A program made the position numbers and the translations under genes. A stretch of DNA of 62,930 bases, the filler included, from Globobulimina sp. (lineage: Eukaryota), in NCBI GenBank assembly GCA_003354225.1. It is 27 parts of 27 records of this genome, joined end to end, with 100 filler letters (N's around TTAATTAATTAA, not from the genome) between each part and the next. Parts side by side here need not be neighbours in the genome. Positions count along the whole stretch, not along the records: positions 60,699 to 62,930 come from PIVH01008016.1; 26 more parts are not named here. One strand, written 5' to 3'. Each line of letters starts with the position of its first letter. Position 1 is the stretch's first letter. Below the pieces are notes generated by a model, which did no database searches, was not told the origin of the DNA, and saw nothing but the letters and a program-made list of their open reading frames with translations. Below, one piece after another: positions 60,837 through 62,930 of this stretch.

Positions 60837-61430
60837 ATGAAACAATGGTATCGATGGATTATTTGTGTGATTATATGTGTAAATTCAAGTTGCTGTACTA
60901 TAAATCGTTTTATATTGGTACCAATCCAAGATCAAGTAATGGATTGGTATGATATCAATGCTGTGAAATACAATTTATTAATGACATTATATGCTTGGCC
61001 AAATGTTGTTTTTTGTATACTATTCGGTATATTGATCGATAGATTTGGCGTAAGAAAGATTTTATCATTTGTGTGGTGGTTAGATTTTATCGGATTATCA
61101 TTGATTGTCTATAGTTGTAACATAAAAAATTATACGTTATTATGTGTGGGACGAACAGTGGTCGGAATGGGCAATGAAGGATTACAATTATCATTGAAAT
61201 TGTATGCAATCTCTTTTTTTAAACCAAACGAATACGGCACAGTCTTCGGAATATTTTCTGCTTTTGGATCAATTGGAAGTGCCATAAACACATACATTTC
61301 ATATCAAATATATTCAACATTTGGCATAATTTATGCAATGTCTTTCCCATTGATTATTGCACCATTTTTTTTCATTCCTTTATTTATATTAATGTTTGAT
61401 AATAGATTTATTTTGCAAAAGCCAGCATAA
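60837..61430 (+). CDS. MFS transporter (MFSD1-like), N-terminal half only
   Basis: YNLLMTLYAWPNVV, GILIDRFGVR, GRTVVGMGNE; about six TM segments, then it stops. Confidence 0.8.
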   Translation: MKQWYRWIICVIICVNSSCCTINRFILVPIQDQVMDWYDINAVKYNLLMTLYAWPNVVFCILFGILIDRFGVRKILSFVWWLDFIGLSLIVYSCNIKNYTLLCVGRTVVGMGNEGLQLSLKLYAISFFKPNEYGTVFGIFSAFGSIGSAINTYISYQIYSTFGIIYAMSFPLIIAPFFFIPLFILMFDNRFILQKPA

Positions 61431-62929
61431 AATGCCGGTCGTTTGCGTCCATTCCATTACGTTTCCACTATAACAACATTGTAAATAATCATCAGGATCC
61501 ATACCACACATTTCTTTAAAAATGCATCCGGCGCCAGTATTGTAAAATTTATGAGCCAACGATTTGGCAGATTTTAATGTCTCAGCCATATCCATCCATT
61601 TACCTAATTTGCCAGCAATATTACTTAAAACATGGACAAAGCCGCCCGTACTCCTTGAAGCCCAATTATTTGCCACCAAATTGCGAAATAATTTTACTTT
61701 ATTTGTATTATCAGCTGCACAAACAATAAATAAATATTTTTTATTTGTGAAAATAAATAAATAAACAAACATAACTCAATGTAACGTCTAATATACATCC
61801 TTGAATAATATATGCACCAATAACATCTTTGGTGACTTCCACTAATTCTCTCGCAGTTTTTTGTAATCCCAAACAAGTAATATCCAAAATAAATATAATG
61901 CCATTATCTCCCAAACGAATAATATGCAATGCTTGACCTGTTTAATATGTATATTTGTAAAAAACAAAACATTATTTATTTCAAAACAAAAACAAAAAAG
62001 TTAAATAAATATACAAAAGATGATCGGAAACGATCGGAAAACATTTTGTACATTTAAAAAATAATAAAAAAATATAAACTAAACTTAAACGCCGTTTCGT
62101 GCACTCATCCACGTGCAAACCAAAATGCTTGTTTGCAACAATAATACCATCCATTCGATTTTGTAATTGATTTAAATGATTATCCATAATTTCACCGGTT
62201 AATTTTATATATGGTGGTGCTGTTGGTTTGTCGTTCCATGCAGAACAAAAAATAAATATTTCTTTTAATAAATCACCAAATTCTGCCGTCTCCCATACAT
62301 TCCAACTTGACTGTGTCATCAACACAAAATTAAAAAAATGTGCATCTAATTTTTTCTGCGCGGCAAGTTTCTCTGCAAATTGTTGGCAGAAACTGTTCAT
62401 TTTAAAATTGTTGGCAGAAATTGTCTCTGTTTGTATAAAATATAATTTGTATAAATATACATAATCAAAAAATATTTGTAAAAAAAACACCTTTTTTAGG
62501 TTCCTTTGGGTGATCACCGTTTGAGGACATATCCAAAGAAGGCAATGAAAGATTTGGCACTGCGAACGGCCGATTTAATGAAGTAATAACAAGTCCCGGC
62601 TGCGAATATTTATTATTATTTTTGATATCATTCTCATCGTCATCACTTTCAGCGAGATCCATATTATCTAAATTATACAAATTATATTTATCGCTGCCAG
62701 CACCTGAATGTGTGCATAAATTACCTAATTTACCTAATTTTAAGTCCGCGTTATTTGTAATATTTACTATGATATTATCATTAACATTTCCTGCACCACT
62801 TAAAAAACCATATTCTTGTCCACCAATCACATCCGCTGGATGTCCATAAATACGACGGCATCGTTTGGGATGACCATTACCCACAGTCATAATATCTTGA
62901 TACAACGAGAATGGCACTCTCTTCGCCAA
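61389..62929 (-). mobile_element. Spliced hAT-superfamily (DUF659-like) transposase or transposase-derived gene (introns 62427-62490, 61938-62090, 61715-61775)
   Basis: The spliced product reads PPYIKLTGEIMD...LHVDECTKRRQALHI...KTARELV...VTLTDNTN...GFVHVLSN, matching hAT DxWT, TA, TDN and CxxH positions. Confidence 0.65.
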
Positions 62930-62930
62930 T

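Overview
This window is not one locus. It is 27 unrelated short contigs (2236 down to 2232 nt, sorted by length), joined by 26 artificial 100-nt linkers (44 N + TTAATTAATTAA + 44 N), so adjacency only has meaning within a contig. The DNA is AT-rich, gene-dense eukaryotic sequence with short spliceosomal introns (mostly 53-105 nt). By inference it is a protist, most likely a foraminiferan (Rhizaria): it has a CDPK, SPAG6/PF16, two G-alpha genes, DNA-PKcs, many RCC1/TRAF/BTB/SPRY genes and a recurrent 'LxxGYxR...IxxII' module. It also holds a LINE (RT + RNase H), a second LINE 3' end, a spliced hAT-like transposase, small inverted-repeat elements, a decayed tRNA and one bacterial-type zwf fragment fused to host DNA. 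The strongest unexplained signal is the splice donors: 11 of 22 frame-checked introns start with GTTNAG(T), a one-base-shifted version of GTRAGT. Other leads are a candidate lineage-specific F-box-like adaptor module next to a divergent Skp1, a LINE with a bacterial-looking RNase H, a stand-alone tandem MLLE protein and a G-alpha lacking its catalytic arginine. All calls come from reading motifs by eye; no searches were run.
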